DNA of 64,000 nt from Gemmatimonadota bacterium. GTDB taxonomy: Bacteria; Gemmatimonadota; Gemmatimonadetes; JACCXV01; JAHWKZ01. Under the pieces are notes generated by a model that saw only the letters and a list, made by a program, of their open reading frames with translations, was not told the origin of the DNA and did no database searches. The position numbers were made by a program, and so were the translations under genes. The stretch is from NCBI GenBank assembly GCA_033722155.1, contig JAWVZN010000005.1:8770-72769 (forward strand), in the 5' to 3' direction. Numbering within the stretch: the first letter of the stretch is position 1; each line of letters opens with the position of its first letter. Shown here piece after piece: positions 26,985 through 37,181 of the stretch.

Positions 26985-29336
26985 TCAGCGCATCAGGTTT
27001 CCGAACTTGAAGTGGAGTCGCCAGCCGGGATCCGGCTGGCCGTCGCGATCGAGCTGGTCGAAGCCGTACGCGTAGTCGAGCCCCAGCGGCCCGAAGCCCG
27101 GGAGATCGATCTGGACGCCCACCCCCGCCCCCCGCTTCAGGTCCGCGAAGGTGACGTCGCGAAACTCGCGGAAGACGTCTCCGGCGTCGTAGAAAACGGA
27201 CGCGTATACGGTGTCGGTGATCTTGAAGAAGTGCTCTGCGGTGAGCAGGACGAACGCGTTGCCGCGATCCTCGCTGCAGTTGACGGTGATCGGAGCCCCC
27301 ACGTTCCTCACCCCGACGCAGTTGTCCTCGTAGCCCCGCAGGCCTTCGGCCGGGAACTGCACCCCGCCAAGCAGGAACTGCTCGGTCAGCGGAACGAACC
27401 CCGTGGCGTCGATCCCTCCGACCTGGAAGCGGAGATTGAGCACGGTTCGCTCGCTGAAGGTCGGGGCGAACCACGAGGACTCCACCTCGTACTTGCGGAA
27501 GCCGATCGTTCCGCCGAGAGGCCCTCCCGCCAGGTCGACGTCCAGGCTGTGGCGGGCGCCCTGGATCGGGTGCCGTCGCGGCAGCCGGGTGTCGCGGACG
27601 AGTCCGAAGTTGAGGCTCGACTCCGTCCGGGGGTACTCGTCGCCGAACCGGTCGTCGTCGCCCACGGCGTCCAGGTCGATCCGCTGCCACCGGTAGCCGT
27701 AGAAGAAACGGGTGGCGTCGTCCCACGGCAGGGGGGTGCCGAAGCGGACGTTCCCCCCGATCGCGTCCTGCCGGAACGAGGTGTTGATGAACCGGCGGTC
27801 GATGTCGAAGAAGCTGAACGACGCGCTCGTCTTGGTGTCGAGGAAGATGGGCTCGGTGTAGCCGAGCTCGAGGTTGTTGTTCCGCGAGCCGAACTCCCAC
27901 CGAACCTGACCCGACTTCGCCTGGCCGAACAGGTTCGGCTGCTCGTAGCCGAGGAAGCCCGAGAGCCCCGTGCCGCCGCCGATGGCGGCGCCGAGGGTGA
28001 GGGAGCCGGTGCGCTTCTCCTGGACCTCGAAGGTGAGATCGACGTCGCCCGTCCCGTCTTCCACCACCTTCGTCGAGGGCACGATTCCGGGCTCGAAGAA
28101 GCCGAGCCCCTCCAGCGAGAGGAGGCTGTTGCGGATGTCGGAGCGGCGGAACCGCTCACCGGGGGTCACGAAGATCTGGCGGCGGATGACCGACTCGTGG
28201 GTGACGGTGTTGCCCTCGATCGTGACGTGACGGACGTGGGCCGGATCGCCCTCCTGGATCCGCCACGTCAGGTCCACGATGGTGGTGTCCGACCGTGTCT
28301 CGGTGACGGGCCGCACCTGGGCGTAGATGTAGCCGTCGTCCGCGTAGAGGTTCAGCAGCTCCTCCCGCGTGCGCTGGACCACCGAAGCGTCGAACACCTC
28401 ACCGGGTCGAAGCCCGACGAGCTCCATGAGGTCGGAGCGGGAGAAGCGACTGTTTCCCTCGAGGGCGACCTCGCCGACGTGGTAGCGTGGACCCTCCTCG
28501 ACCGTCGCGAAGAGCCGCAGCTTCCCCTTCCGCGGGAGCACCGCCACCGAGTCGTCGACCACCCGCATGTCGAGGTAGCCGTGCGCCCCGTAGAACTCGG
28601 GAAGCCGACGGTTCAGGTCGGCGCGCCACTCCTCCTCGTCGAACTCCCCGTCCTTCCAGAAGAACCAGAAGCCCTCCTGCTCGGTCGCCACCGCGTCGCG
28701 CAGCTCCCCGTCGTCGAACGCCTCGTTGCCGTGGAACTCGATCGATTCGACCGCCAGTTCCCGTCCCTCGCGGACCCGGACCACCATCGCGGTCGAGTCG
28801 GCCCCCGGCCGCGCGGGCTCGATCGCGACGTCGGCGGTGTGGAAGCCCTCTTCCCGATACAGCCGCTCCACCTCCATCGTGGCCTGGTGGAGCCGGTGCT
28901 CGAGCAGCCGGTCGCCGGGGCGGATCGCCAGCCGGTCCCGGACGTCGTCCTCGTCCACCTGCTCGATCCCCCGGAGCCGGATCGCGGTCACCACCGGCGC
29001 CTCCTCCACGGTGATCACGGCGATCACCCCGTCCTGCGCGGGAGCGGGACGGCTCGTCACCGCGACGTCGTCGAACAGGTTCGTGTCCCAGAGGGAGCGG
29101 ATCGCGCTCTGCATCGCCCGCGGGGTGAGGCGCTCCTCGTCGGGGAGTCCCGACAGCGCCGCCACCCGGGCCGGATCGAGCGTGCTGGTCCCCTCCACCT
29201 CGACGTCGAGGATCCGGGGAGCTCGGGGTTGCTGGGCGGACAGGGGCGCGGCCGCGACTCCGATCGCGAGCGCGAGCAGAGCGGCGCGGAGCGGGAGGTC
29301 GGGGACCCGCGGCGTGGCAGACAGGCGCGCCGCCAT
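26985..29336 (-). CDS. bamA: Outer membrane protein assembly factor BamA.
   Basis: 783 aa with a signal peptide, POTRA repeats and a C-terminal Omp85 beta-barrel ending in an aromatic-rich beta-signal. Confidence 0.85.
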   Translation of the reverse strand: MAARLSATPRVPDLPLRAALLALAIGVAAAPLSAQQPRAPRILDVEVEGTSTLDPARVAALSGLPDEERLTPRAMQSAIRSLWDTNLFDDVAVTSRPAPAQDGVIAVITVEEAPVVTAIRLRGIEQVDEDDVRDRLAIRPGDRLLEHRLHQATMEVERLYREEGFHTADVAIEPARPGADSTAMVVRVREGRELAVESIEFHGNEAFDDGELRDAVATEQEGFWFFWKDGEFDEEEWRADLNRRLPEFYGAHGYLDMRVVDDSVAVLPRKGKLRLFATVEEGPRYHVGEVALEGNSRFSRSDLMELVGLRPGEVFDASVVQRTREELLNLYADDGYIYAQVRPVTETRSDTTIVDLTWRIQEGDPAHVRHVTIEGNTVTHESVIRRQIFVTPGERFRRSDIRNSLLSLEGLGFFEPGIVPSTKVVEDGTGDVDLTFEVQEKRTGSLTLGAAIGGGTGLSGFLGYEQPNLFGQAKSGQVRWEFGSRNNNLELGYTEPIFLDTKTSASFSFFDIDRRFINTSFRQDAIGGNVRFGTPLPWDDATRFFYGYRWQRIDLDAVGDDDRFGDEYPRTESSLNFGLVRDTRLPRRHPIQGARHSLDVDLAGGPLGGTIGFRKYEVESSWFAPTFSERTVLNLRFQVGGIDATGFVPLTEQFLLGGVQFPAEGLRGYEDNCVGVRNVGAPITVNCSEDRGNAFVLLTAEHFFKITDTVYASVFYDAGDVFREFRDVTFADLKRGAGVGVQIDLPGFGPLGLDYAYGFDQLDRDGQPDPGWRLHFKFGNLMR

Positions 29337-29344
29337 CGACGGTC

Positions 29345-31861
29345 TCAGCGAACTTCTTCCTGCATCGACTCCTGCTCGGCGGCCTCGGCCTCCTCCTCCA
29401 GCCGGGGGGTGGAGGCCTCGGCCCGGAACTCCAGGCGCGATCCGTCCTCGGCGACCTCGACCACGATCTCGTCGCCGGGCGCGAATCGGCCCTGGAGGAG
29501 CGCCTCGGAGAAGGGATCCTGCAGATGGCGCTGGATCGCCCGCTTCAGCGGACGCGCACCGTACTTCTCGTCGAAACCCTTCTCGGCCAGGAAGTGCTTC
29601 GCCTCCTCGGAGAGCCGCATCTCGAGGTCACGCTCCTCGATCCGCTCGAGCACCTCGCGGAACAGGATGTCCACGATCTGGACGATGTGGTCCATGGTGA
29701 GCGGATGAAAGACGATCACCTCGTCGAGCCGGTTCAGGAACTCGGGGTTGAACACCTTGTCGATCTCGTCCTCGACGGCCTCCTCGATGCGATCGACCCG
29801 CGCTTCCTCGGTCGGCTTCTGGAAACCGAGGGCGGAGGTTCCCGTGATCCTTCGCGCACCGACGTTCGAGGTCATGATCACGACCGTGTTCTTGAAGTCG
29901 ATCTTGCGACCGTAGTTGTCGGTGATGTGACCCTCGTCGAGGATCTGCAGCAGGATGTTGAAGACGTCGGGATGCGCCTTCTCGATCTCGTCCAGCAGCA
30001 CCACCGAGTACGGCTTCCTCCGGACCTCCTTGGTGAGATAGCCGGAGTCCTCGTAGCCGACGTAACCCGGCGGGGCGCCGAGCAGGCGGCTCACCGTGAA
30101 CTTCTCCATGTACTCGGACATGTCGATCCGGATCAGGGCGTTCGGGTCGGCGAACAGGAACCGGGCGAGCGCTCTCGCCAGCTCGGTCTTCCCCACGCCG
30201 GTGGGGCCGCTGAAGATGAACGAGCCGATCGGCCGCCGCGGATCCTTCAGGCCCGATCGGGCGCGGCGGATCGCCTTCGAGATCGCCTCGATCGCGTCGT
30301 CCTGGCCCACGATGTACTCGTGGAGGGCCTCCTCCATGTGGAGCAGCCGCTCGGTCTCCGCCTCCCGCAGCCGGACCACGGGGACCCCCGTCCACCGGCT
30401 CACGATGAAGGAGACGTCCTCGGTGGTGAGCTCGGGCATCTCGACGTCGTTGCCCTGCTCCCACTCGAGCTTCCTCCGCTTGATCGTCGACTTCAGCTCC
30501 CGCTCCTTGTCCCGGAGCTTGGCCGCCGTCTCGTAGTCCTGGGCCTTGATCGCCTTGTCCTTCTCGGCGACGATCTCCCCCACCTCCTCCTCGAGCGCGA
30601 GCAGGTCGGGCGGCGGCACCTGGGAGGCCAGGTGCACCCGGGCGCACGCCTCGTCGATCACGTCGATCGCCTTGTCGGGCAGGAACCGGTCGGTGATGTA
30701 CCGCTCGGAGAGGCGCGAGGCGGCCTCGATCGTCTCGTCCGGGATCTCCACGTGATGGTGCTCGGAGTAGGCTGGACGCAGGCCCCGCAGGATGTCCACG
30801 GTCTCCTCGATCGTCGGCGGGTCCACCACCACCGGCTGGAACCGGCGCTCGAGGGCCCCGTCCTTCTCGATGTACTTGCGGTACTCGTTGAGCGTCGAGG
30901 CGCCCACGCACTGGAGCTCGCCGCGGGCGAGCGCGGGCTTCAGCATGTTCGAGGCGTCGATCGCCCCCTCGGCGGCTCCCGCCCCCACGAGCGTGTGGAG
31001 CTCGTCGATGAACAGGATGATGTTCTCCGACTGCTTGATCTCGTTGATCACCGCCTTGAGCCGCTCCTCGAACTGGCCCCGGTACTTGGTGCCGGCGATC
31101 ACGGCGGCCATGTCGAGCGAGAGGACGCGGTGGTCGCTCAGGGAATGGACGATCTCCCCGGCGACGATCCGCTGGGCGAGACCCTCGACGATCGCGGTCT
31201 TGCCCACGCCGGGCTCGCCGATCAGGACCGGGTTGTTCTTCTTCCGTCGGGACAGCACCTCGATGACGCGCTCGATCTCCTTCTCCCGCCCGATCGTCGG
31301 ATCGAGCTCCCCCTCGCGGGCGAGATCGGTGAGATCGCGGCAGAAGTGGTCGAGGGCGGGAGTCTTGGACTTCTTCTCGCTCGGCTTGGATGACTGGCCT
31401 GCTCCACCTTCCATCGAGCTCAACTCGCCTCCTAGCAAACGGATCGTCTCGTTGCGCGCCACATCGATGGTCACGCCCACCTCGTCCAGGATCTGCGCCG
31501 CCACGCCCTTCTCCTCGCGGAGAAGCCCGAGCAGCAGGTGCTCGGTCCCCACGTAGGAGTGCTTGAGGGCGCGGGCCTCCGCGACCGAGAACTCGAGCAC
31601 CTTCTTGGCGCGGGTGGTGTAGGGCACCTCGTCCGCGGTCATGTCGCTGCGGCCGGAGTCCACGCGCTCCTCCACCCGGGCGCGGAGCTCCTCGAGATCG
31701 ACGTTGAGGTTGGTGAGGATGGCCGCGGCCACCCCCTCTCCCTCCCAGATGAGCCCGAGGAGGATGTGCTCCGTCCCCACGTAGTCGTGCTGGAGACGCG
31801 TCGCCTCCTCGCGTGCCATCGACAGAACCTTACGGACTCGATCCGTGAAATTGCTATTCAT
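29345..31861 (-). CDS. clpC: ATP-dependent Clp protease ATP-binding subunit ClpC (Clp N-repeats, two AAA+ modules and a UVR motif).
   Basis: 838 aa with Walker A GEPGVGKT and GPTGVGKT, and ClpA/B signatures. Confidence 0.9.
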   Translation of the reverse strand: MNSNFTDRVRKVLSMAREEATRLQHDYVGTEHILLGLIWEGEGVAAAILTNLNVDLEELRARVEERVDSGRSDMTADEVPYTTRAKKVLEFSVAEARALKHSYVGTEHLLLGLLREEKGVAAQILDEVGVTIDVARNETIRLLGGELSSMEGGAGQSSKPSEKKSKTPALDHFCRDLTDLAREGELDPTIGREKEIERVIEVLSRRKKNNPVLIGEPGVGKTAIVEGLAQRIVAGEIVHSLSDHRVLSLDMAAVIAGTKYRGQFEERLKAVINEIKQSENIILFIDELHTLVGAGAAEGAIDASNMLKPALARGELQCVGASTLNEYRKYIEKDGALERRFQPVVVDPPTIEETVDILRGLRPAYSEHHHVEIPDETIEAASRLSERYITDRFLPDKAIDVIDEACARVHLASQVPPPDLLALEEEVGEIVAEKDKAIKAQDYETAAKLRDKERELKSTIKRRKLEWEQGNDVEMPELTTEDVSFIVSRWTGVPVVRLREAETERLLHMEEALHEYIVGQDDAIEAISKAIRRARSGLKDPRRPIGSFIFSGPTGVGKTELARALARFLFADPNALIRIDMSEYMEKFTVSRLLGAPPGYVGYEDSGYLTKEVRRKPYSVVLLDEIEKAHPDVFNILLQILDEGHITDNYGRKIDFKNTVVIMTSNVGARRITGTSALGFQKPTEEARVDRIEEAVEDEIDKVFNPEFLNRLDEVIVFHPLTMDHIVQIVDILFREVLERIEERDLEMRLSEEAKHFLAEKGFDEKYGARPLKRAIQRHLQDPFSEALLQGRFAPGDEIVVEVAEDGSRLEFRAEASTPRLEEEAEAAEQESMQEEVR

Positions 31862-32996
31862 GTGGCTCGCCCTCGTCCTCTTCCCCGAATTCTTCGTCGT
31901 CTCTTCCGAACTCCTCGAGTCCCACCTCCGTGTCGAGGATCTCGCGGATCAAGCTCGCCCGCTCGATCTCCCGCTCGCGCTTGTCCAACGTCCGACCGGC
32001 GCGCTTCTGAAGATGTGCGACCTGAGTCCAGAGCAAAAGCTTGTTGAGCTTCGATACCCCGATGTCCGGCAGCAGTTTCATGCTCACGCCGAGCCGGACC
32101 GCCGAGAGCAGGTTCATCATCTCGTCGAACGACATGGAGCGCGCGAACCGGAGCAGGCCGTAGGCGCGCCACACCTTGTCCTCGATCTCGTCGAGCGCGT
32201 CGCGCGCGAGCACCTGCCGGGCGTTCTCCTCGTACTCTATCACCTGTCGGGTGATCTGGGCGAGGTGACCGATCAGCTCCTCCTCGCTCTTTCCCAGCGT
32301 GGTCTGGTTCGACAGCTGGAAGTAGTTGCCGATCACGTCCGAGCCCTCTCCGTAGAGGCCCCGGAAGGTGAGCCCGATCTGGGAGAGGCCGTCGAGGACC
32401 TTGTGGATCTCGCGCGTGAGCACGAGCCCCGGGAGGTGGATCAGCACCGAGGCACGCAGCCCGGTGCCGGTGTTGGTCGGACAGCTCGTGAGAAAGCCGA
32501 ACCGGTGATGGTAGGCGAACTGGAGCCGATCGCGGAGGCTGCGCTCGATCCGGCGGGCGATCTCCCACGAGCCCTCCAGCTGCAGCCCCGGGGTGAGCAC
32601 CTGGATCCGGAGATGGTCCTCCTCGTTCATCAGCAGGGCGAGCCGTCCGCTGTCGCCGACCACGAGGGCGCTCGCCTCCTGGAAGTTGATCATCTCCTGG
32701 CTCACCAGATGTCGCTCCAGCAGCAGGGTGCGGTCGTTCTCGCCGAGATCGGAGAGGCGCAGGAACTGATAGCCGCCGTTCCCGGCGAGGCTCGTCTCGG
32801 AGATGGCGTCGAGCAGGTCCTCGGTGACCAGCTGCTGCTGGGCCGCGGTGATCGTCTCCCGGAAGGGGAAGCCCTCCAGGTTCCTGGCGAGGCGGATCCG
32901 GGTGGACAGGATCACGTCCGGGTGCGGGCCCTCGCCGCTGATCCACGCGAAGCCGCCCCCCACGGGCTCCAGCAGGTCGTCGCTCCGGTGGCTCAT
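31854..32996 (-). CDS. mcsB: Protein arginine kinase McsB (ATP:guanido phosphotransferase).
   Basis: 380 aa with a phosphagen-kinase C-terminal domain (CPTNTGTGLRA; ERxxLxxEM region). Confidence 0.85.
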   Translation of the reverse strand: MSHRSDDLLEPVGGGFAWISGEGPHPDVILSTRIRLARNLEGFPFRETITAAQQQLVTEDLLDAISETSLAGNGGYQFLRLSDLGENDRTLLLERHLVSQEMINFQEASALVVGDSGRLALLMNEEDHLRIQVLTPGLQLEGSWEIARRIERSLRDRLQFAYHHRFGFLTSCPTNTGTGLRASVLIHLPGLVLTREIHKVLDGLSQIGLTFRGLYGEGSDVIGNYFQLSNQTTLGKSEEELIGHLAQITRQVIEYEENARQVLARDALDEIEDKVWRAYGLLRFARSMSFDEMMNLLSAVRLGVSMKLLPDIGVSKLNKLLLWTQVAHLQKRAGRTLDKREREIERASLIREILDTEVGLEEFGRDDEEFGEEDEGEPHE

Positions 32997-33538
32997 CCCT
33001 CGTCCTTCTCCGACTCGCCTCCGGCCACGCCGGCGGACTCGCGCTTTCCGCTCTGGAGGCCCTTGATCTCGTCGCGCAGCTCGGCGGCGCGCTCGTACTC
33101 CTCCGCCTCGACGGCCCGGCGAAGCTCCCGCCGCAGGCCGATGATCCGCTCCTCGCTCTCCTCCATCGGACCGATCGTGCCGGCTTCCACGATCCCGACG
33201 TGCTCGTTGGAGCCGTGGATCTTCCGCAGCAGGGCGCTCATCTCCTCCTCGAACGTGAGATAGCAGTGGGCACAGCCGAGACGCCCCGTGTTGCGGAACT
33301 GCCGGAAGGAGCAGCCGCACCGGGGACACGAGACGTTGGCGTTGGTGGCCTTGGTGAAGATCGGCGCCCCCATCTCGGAGAGAAAGTCGCTCAGGGGGAC
33401 CTGCGTCTCCACCGGCGACGTCTTCAGCCCGCGCGCCTCGGCACACGCCTGACAGAGATGGAACGTCTCGGTCTCGTCGTTGACGATCTGCGTGAAGTGG
33501 ACCGTCGCCTTGTTCTCTCCGCAATCCTCACACTTCAT
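32993..33538 (-). CDS. mcsA: McsA, the arginine kinase activator, with Zn-finger repeats and a UVR motif.
   Basis: CEDCGENKA..CQAC plus CPRCGCSF..CAHC zinc motifs and a UvrB/C-like EYERAAELRDEIK motif; ATGA overlap with mcsB. Confidence 0.75.
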   Translation of the reverse strand: MKCEDCGENKATVHFTQIVNDETETFHLCQACAEARGLKTSPVETQVPLSDFLSEMGAPIFTKATNANVSCPRCGCSFRQFRNTGRLGCAHCYLTFEEEMSALLRKIHGSNEHVGIVEAGTIGPMEESEERIIGLRRELRRAVEAEEYERAAELRDEIKGLQSGKRESAGVAGGESEKDEG

Positions 33539-33557
33539 GGCTCGTACCTTCGCTGAT

Positions 33558-33638
33558 TCTCGAACCGTTCCTGACGTCGCACGCGCCTCCCGTTCATCAT
33601 ACGCAAAAGAAGGGCGTTTCGTTCAATCTCTCGAACCG
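33558..33638 (-). promoter_or_regulatory. Candidate mcsA promoter (TTGAAC -35 at ~33621-33626, TATGAT -10 at ~33596-33601) flanked by direct repeats of TCTCGAACCG at 33558-33567 and 33629-33638.
   Basis: This is the only AT-richer patch in the 112-nt mcsA upstream gap. The exact 10-nt direct repeat is 71 nt apart and is not a CtsR heptad. Confidence 0.25.
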
Positions 33639-33650
33639 GGGCCCTTCGGG

Positions 33651-34388
33651 TCAAACGAGGGAGTCCCTCCGGGCCACGGTCGCCGGCACCAGGACCCCGT
33701 CCTCGATGTCGAGCAACCGCCCCGTGCGGTCGGCGAGGCGCTCGTCGTGGGTCGCCACCACCACCGCCACGTCCCGCTCGCTGGCGAGGGCGAACATGAT
33801 GTCGTGCAGCCGCTCGCTGTTGGCGCGATCGAGGTTGCCCGAGGGCTCGTCCGCCAGGATCACGATCGGGTCGTGCACCAGCGCGCGGGCGAACGCCACG
33901 CGCTGCTGCTCGCCCCCCGACAGCTCGTTCGGCCGGTGCTCGAGACGCTCGCCGAGCCCCACCCGCTCGAGCAGATCCCCCGCCCGCTCGTTCGCCTCCG
34001 CCTCGTCGAGGCCCTGGATCAGCAGCGGCATCGCCACGTTCTCGAGCGCGGAGAACTCCAGCAGGAGATGGTGGAACTGGAAGACGAAGCCCAGCTTGCG
34101 GCTCCGGACCTCCGACAGCTCCGCGTCGGAGAGTTCGCCCAGGCGACGCCCGCCCACCACGACCTCTCCGTGGGTCGGCCGGTCGAGGCCGCCCAGCAGG
34201 TGGAGCAGCGTGCTCTTCCCCGCCCCCGAGGCGCCCACGATCCCGACCGTCTCGCCGGGCTCGACCGCCAGGTCCACCCCGCGCAGAACCCGCAATGCGC
34301 CGGCGCCGCCCCGGTACTCCTTGTGGAGACGATCGGCGATCAGGACCGCCGGGGCTTCCGACCGGTCGGGCCGGGATCGGTCACTCAT
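33651..34388 (-). CDS. lolD: Lipoprotein-releasing system ATP-binding protein.
   Basis: ABC ATPase (GASGAGKST, LSGGEQQRVAFARAL) of LolD type, paired with the LolE permease. Confidence 0.8.
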   Translation of the reverse strand: MSDRSRPDRSEAPAVLIADRLHKEYRGGAGALRVLRGVDLAVEPGETVGIVGASGAGKSTLLHLLGGLDRPTHGEVVVGGRRLGELSDAELSEVRSRKLGFVFQFHHLLLEFSALENVAMPLLIQGLDEAEANERAGDLLERVGLGERLEHRPNELSGGEQQRVAFARALVHDPIVILADEPSGNLDRANSERLHDIMFALASERDVAVVVATHDERLADRTGRLLDIEDGVLVPATVARRDSLV

Positions 34389-35619
34389 ACCGGATCGCCT
34401 CCACCGGGGTCATCCGGGCGGCCTGGATGGCCGGCCACGCAGTGGCCGCCAGGCTGATCGCGAGGCTGGCGAGGACGATCCCCGCGAGGTTCCACGGCTC
34501 CACGGTGACCGGGAGCGTATCGATGAAGTACACGTCGCCCGGGAGGGAGATGAATCGGTAGCGCGCGAGCAGGAAGACCGCCCCGAGGCCCACGATCACC
34601 CCGAGCCCCGTGCCGACGACCCCGATCAGGACGCCCTGGACGAGGAACACCCGGCGGATCCCCCGGCCGCGCATCCCCATCGAGCGGAGGATCCCGATCT
34701 CCTTCGTCTTGTCCATCACGATCATCGTGAGCGTGCTGATGATGTTGAACGCGGCCACCAGCACGATGAGGACCAAGATAACGAACATGGCCCGCTTCTC
34801 CAGCTTCAGGGCGCTGAACAGCGGCTGGTTCAGCTCGATCCACGTGGTGGTGTAGAACGGGCCCTCCAGCCCCTCGATCGCCCGCTCCCCGATCGCCCGG
34901 GCCGACCAGATGTCGTCCACCCGCGCCGACACCCCGTAGGCCACCTCCCCGGTCCCGAGGTACCGCTGGAGGGCGTCGAGCGAGGTGTACACGAACTTGG
35001 AATCGTACTCGAAGAACCCGCTCCGGAACGTCCCCGCGAGAATGAACTTCTGGAGCTTCGGGACGGTGCCGTGAAGGGGGCTCACCGAGGCGGCCTCGGG
35101 CGTCGTCAGGGTGAGGGTGTCGCCCGGGAACGCCCCCAGCCGATCCGCCAGCAGGTACCCCGTCACCACCTTCGGGTACGCCTCGTCGGGCCCGGGAACG
35201 AGGTCGTACTCGCCGCTCACGATCTGTTCCGGGGTGTCCGCGACCTCACCCTCCAGGCGGGGATCGACGCCCCGGATCACCGCCCCCTCGTTGCGGCCCC
35301 GGCCGTGGCCCACGATCCCCTCCGTGTAGATGAACGGCGCCGCCCCGGTGACGCCCGGGGCTCGCTCGATCCGGTCGACCACGCGTCGATACCCCTCGAT
35401 CGGCTGATTGTTGTACTTCTGGATCATCAGGTGGGGCGTGTTCGTGAGGATCTTGCTTCGGAGGTCCTCCTGCAGCCCGTTCATCACGCTCATCACGATG
35501 ACGAGCGCCGCGACCCCGACGAACACCCCGCCGATCGCGATCAGCCCGATCACCGAGATCACCCCCGAGCGGCGCTTCGACATGAGATACCGCAGCGCGA
35601 TGCGCGTCTCGAGGCTCAT
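34381..35619 (-). CDS. lolE: Lipoprotein-releasing system permease (LolC/E family).
   Basis: 412 aa with a MacB-like periplasmic domain and an FtsX C-terminal 4-TM domain; 8-nt overlap with lolD. Confidence 0.8.
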   Translation of the reverse strand: MSLETRIALRYLMSKRRSGVISVIGLIAIGGVFVGVAALVIVMSVMNGLQEDLRSKILTNTPHLMIQKYNNQPIEGYRRVVDRIERAPGVTGAAPFIYTEGIVGHGRGRNEGAVIRGVDPRLEGEVADTPEQIVSGEYDLVPGPDEAYPKVVTGYLLADRLGAFPGDTLTLTTPEAASVSPLHGTVPKLQKFILAGTFRSGFFEYDSKFVYTSLDALQRYLGTGEVAYGVSARVDDIWSARAIGERAIEGLEGPFYTTTWIELNQPLFSALKLEKRAMFVILVLIVLVAAFNIISTLTMIVMDKTKEIGILRSMGMRGRGIRRVFLVQGVLIGVVGTGLGVIVGLGAVFLLARYRFISLPGDVYFIDTLPVTVEPWNLAGIVLASLAISLAATAWPAIQAARMTPVEAIRYE

Positions 35620-37145
35620 CCCTCCCCCTCCTCCTCCTCGGGCCGCAGCAGCGGGAAGAGGATCACGTCGCGGATCGAGGGGGTGTCGGTGAGGAACATC
35701 ACCAGCCGGTCGACGCCGATCCCCATTCCCGCCGTCGGCGGCATCCCGTACTCCAGCGCGCGCAGGAAGTCCTCGTCCACCGTCGCGGCCGCCTCGACGT
35801 CGCCCGCGGCCGCGCGCTCGGCCTGCTCCTCGAATCGCCGTCGCTGCTCCCGCGGATCGTTCAGCTCGCTGAAGGCGTTGCCGAGCTCCTGGCCGAACAG
35901 GTACACCTCGAACCGCTCCACGAGCCGGGGGTCGTCGGGATGCGACTTCGCCAGCGGCGAGAGCGACTTCGGATGGTCGATCACGAAGGCGGGGCCGGCG
36001 AGGTCCGGCTCGACGAGCTCGACGAAGAGGCGGTCCAGGATCTTGCCGGGCCCGTCGGCGGGCTCGATCTCCATCCCACGTGCCTCCGCCTGAGCGGCGA
36101 GCGCCTCGCGGTCGAGATCTCCGACGTCGATCCCCCTCTCCTCGAGAGCTTCGAGAAAGCGGACCCGGGGCCAGGGCGGTGCGACGTCCACCGTCACTCC
36201 CTGCCAGGTCAGCGTCGTTCCCCCGGCCACGCGCCCGACGACTTCGGCGATCAGCTCCTCGGTCAGCTCCATGAGGTCGCGGTAGTCGGCGTACGCCTGG
36301 TAGAACTCGAGCATGGTGAACTCGGGGTTGTGGAACCGGCTGAGCCCCTCGTTTCGGAAGTCCTTGGCGATCTCGTACACCCGCTCGATCCCCCCCACCA
36401 CGCACCGCTTCAGGTACAGCTCGTCGGCGATCCTCAGGTACAGGGTGCGATCGAGCGCGTTGTGGTAGGTGGTGAACGGCCGCGCGTTCGCTCCGCCGTA
36501 GACGGGCTGCAGCGCCGGCGTTTCCACCTCGAGGAAACCGCGCGCATCGAGGAAGTCGCGGAGCGACCGGACGATCCGGGCCCGCTCCTCGAACACCTCC
36601 CGCCCCTCGGGACGCACCGCCAGGTCGGCATACCGTTGGCGGTAGCGGAACTCCCGGTCGGCGACCCGGTGATACGCCCGCGTCTCCCCCTCCTCGTCCT
36701 CCACCTCCTTGCCGATCGGCAGTGGACGAAGCGACTTGGCCAGCAGCCGGACCTCCTCGGCCCGGAGCGTCACCTCCCCGGTGCGGGTGCGGAACACCTC
36801 CCCGACCACCCCGAGGAAGTCGCCCAGATCGAGCCGATCGACCAGGCCGTACGCCTCCTCGCCGAGCACGTCCCGGCGCAGGTACGTCTGGATCTTCGCG
36901 CTGGCGTCGGCCAGGTGGAGGAAGGTCGACTTGCCGTGGACCCGCATGGAGACGATCCGCCCCGCGATGGCCGCCTCCATCGTCGGCCCCTCGTCCTCGT
37001 AGGCGGCGAGCAGCTCCGCCGCCGTCGCCGTCACCTCCCACGAGGATGGGTAGGGGTCCACCCCCCGCTCCTCGAGCTCCTCGAGCTTGGAGCGGCGCGC
37101 GACGAGCGGATCGGTCTCCGGCCGGAGGTCCTCGGAATCGGTCAC
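35616..37145 (-). CDS. lysS: Lysyl-tRNA synthetase, class II.
   Basis: 509 aa with an OB-fold anticodon-binding domain and class II motifs (FRNEG, GMGIGVDRL). Confidence 0.9.
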   Translation of the reverse strand: MTDSEDLRPETDPLVARRSKLEELEERGVDPYPSSWEVTATAAELLAAYEDEGPTMEAAIAGRIVSMRVHGKSTFLHLADASAKIQTYLRRDVLGEEAYGLVDRLDLGDFLGVVGEVFRTRTGEVTLRAEEVRLLAKSLRPLPIGKEVEDEEGETRAYHRVADREFRYRQRYADLAVRPEGREVFEERARIVRSLRDFLDARGFLEVETPALQPVYGGANARPFTTYHNALDRTLYLRIADELYLKRCVVGGIERVYEIAKDFRNEGLSRFHNPEFTMLEFYQAYADYRDLMELTEELIAEVVGRVAGGTTLTWQGVTVDVAPPWPRVRFLEALEERGIDVGDLDREALAAQAEARGMEIEPADGPGKILDRLFVELVEPDLAGPAFVIDHPKSLSPLAKSHPDDPRLVERFEVYLFGQELGNAFSELNDPREQRRRFEEQAERAAAGDVEAAATVDEDFLRALEYGMPPTAGMGIGVDRLVMFLTDTPSIRDVILFPLLRPEEEEGEG

Positions 37146-37181
37146 GTCCGCGCTATCTCGGGGCGGTGGTGGGCAGTGGGG

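Noticed and set aside
33539-33650. A CtsR operator upstream of mcsA.
   Set aside because: No GGTCAAA-NAN-GGTCAAA heptad direct repeat is present. Only the unrelated TCTCGAACCG repeats are seen.
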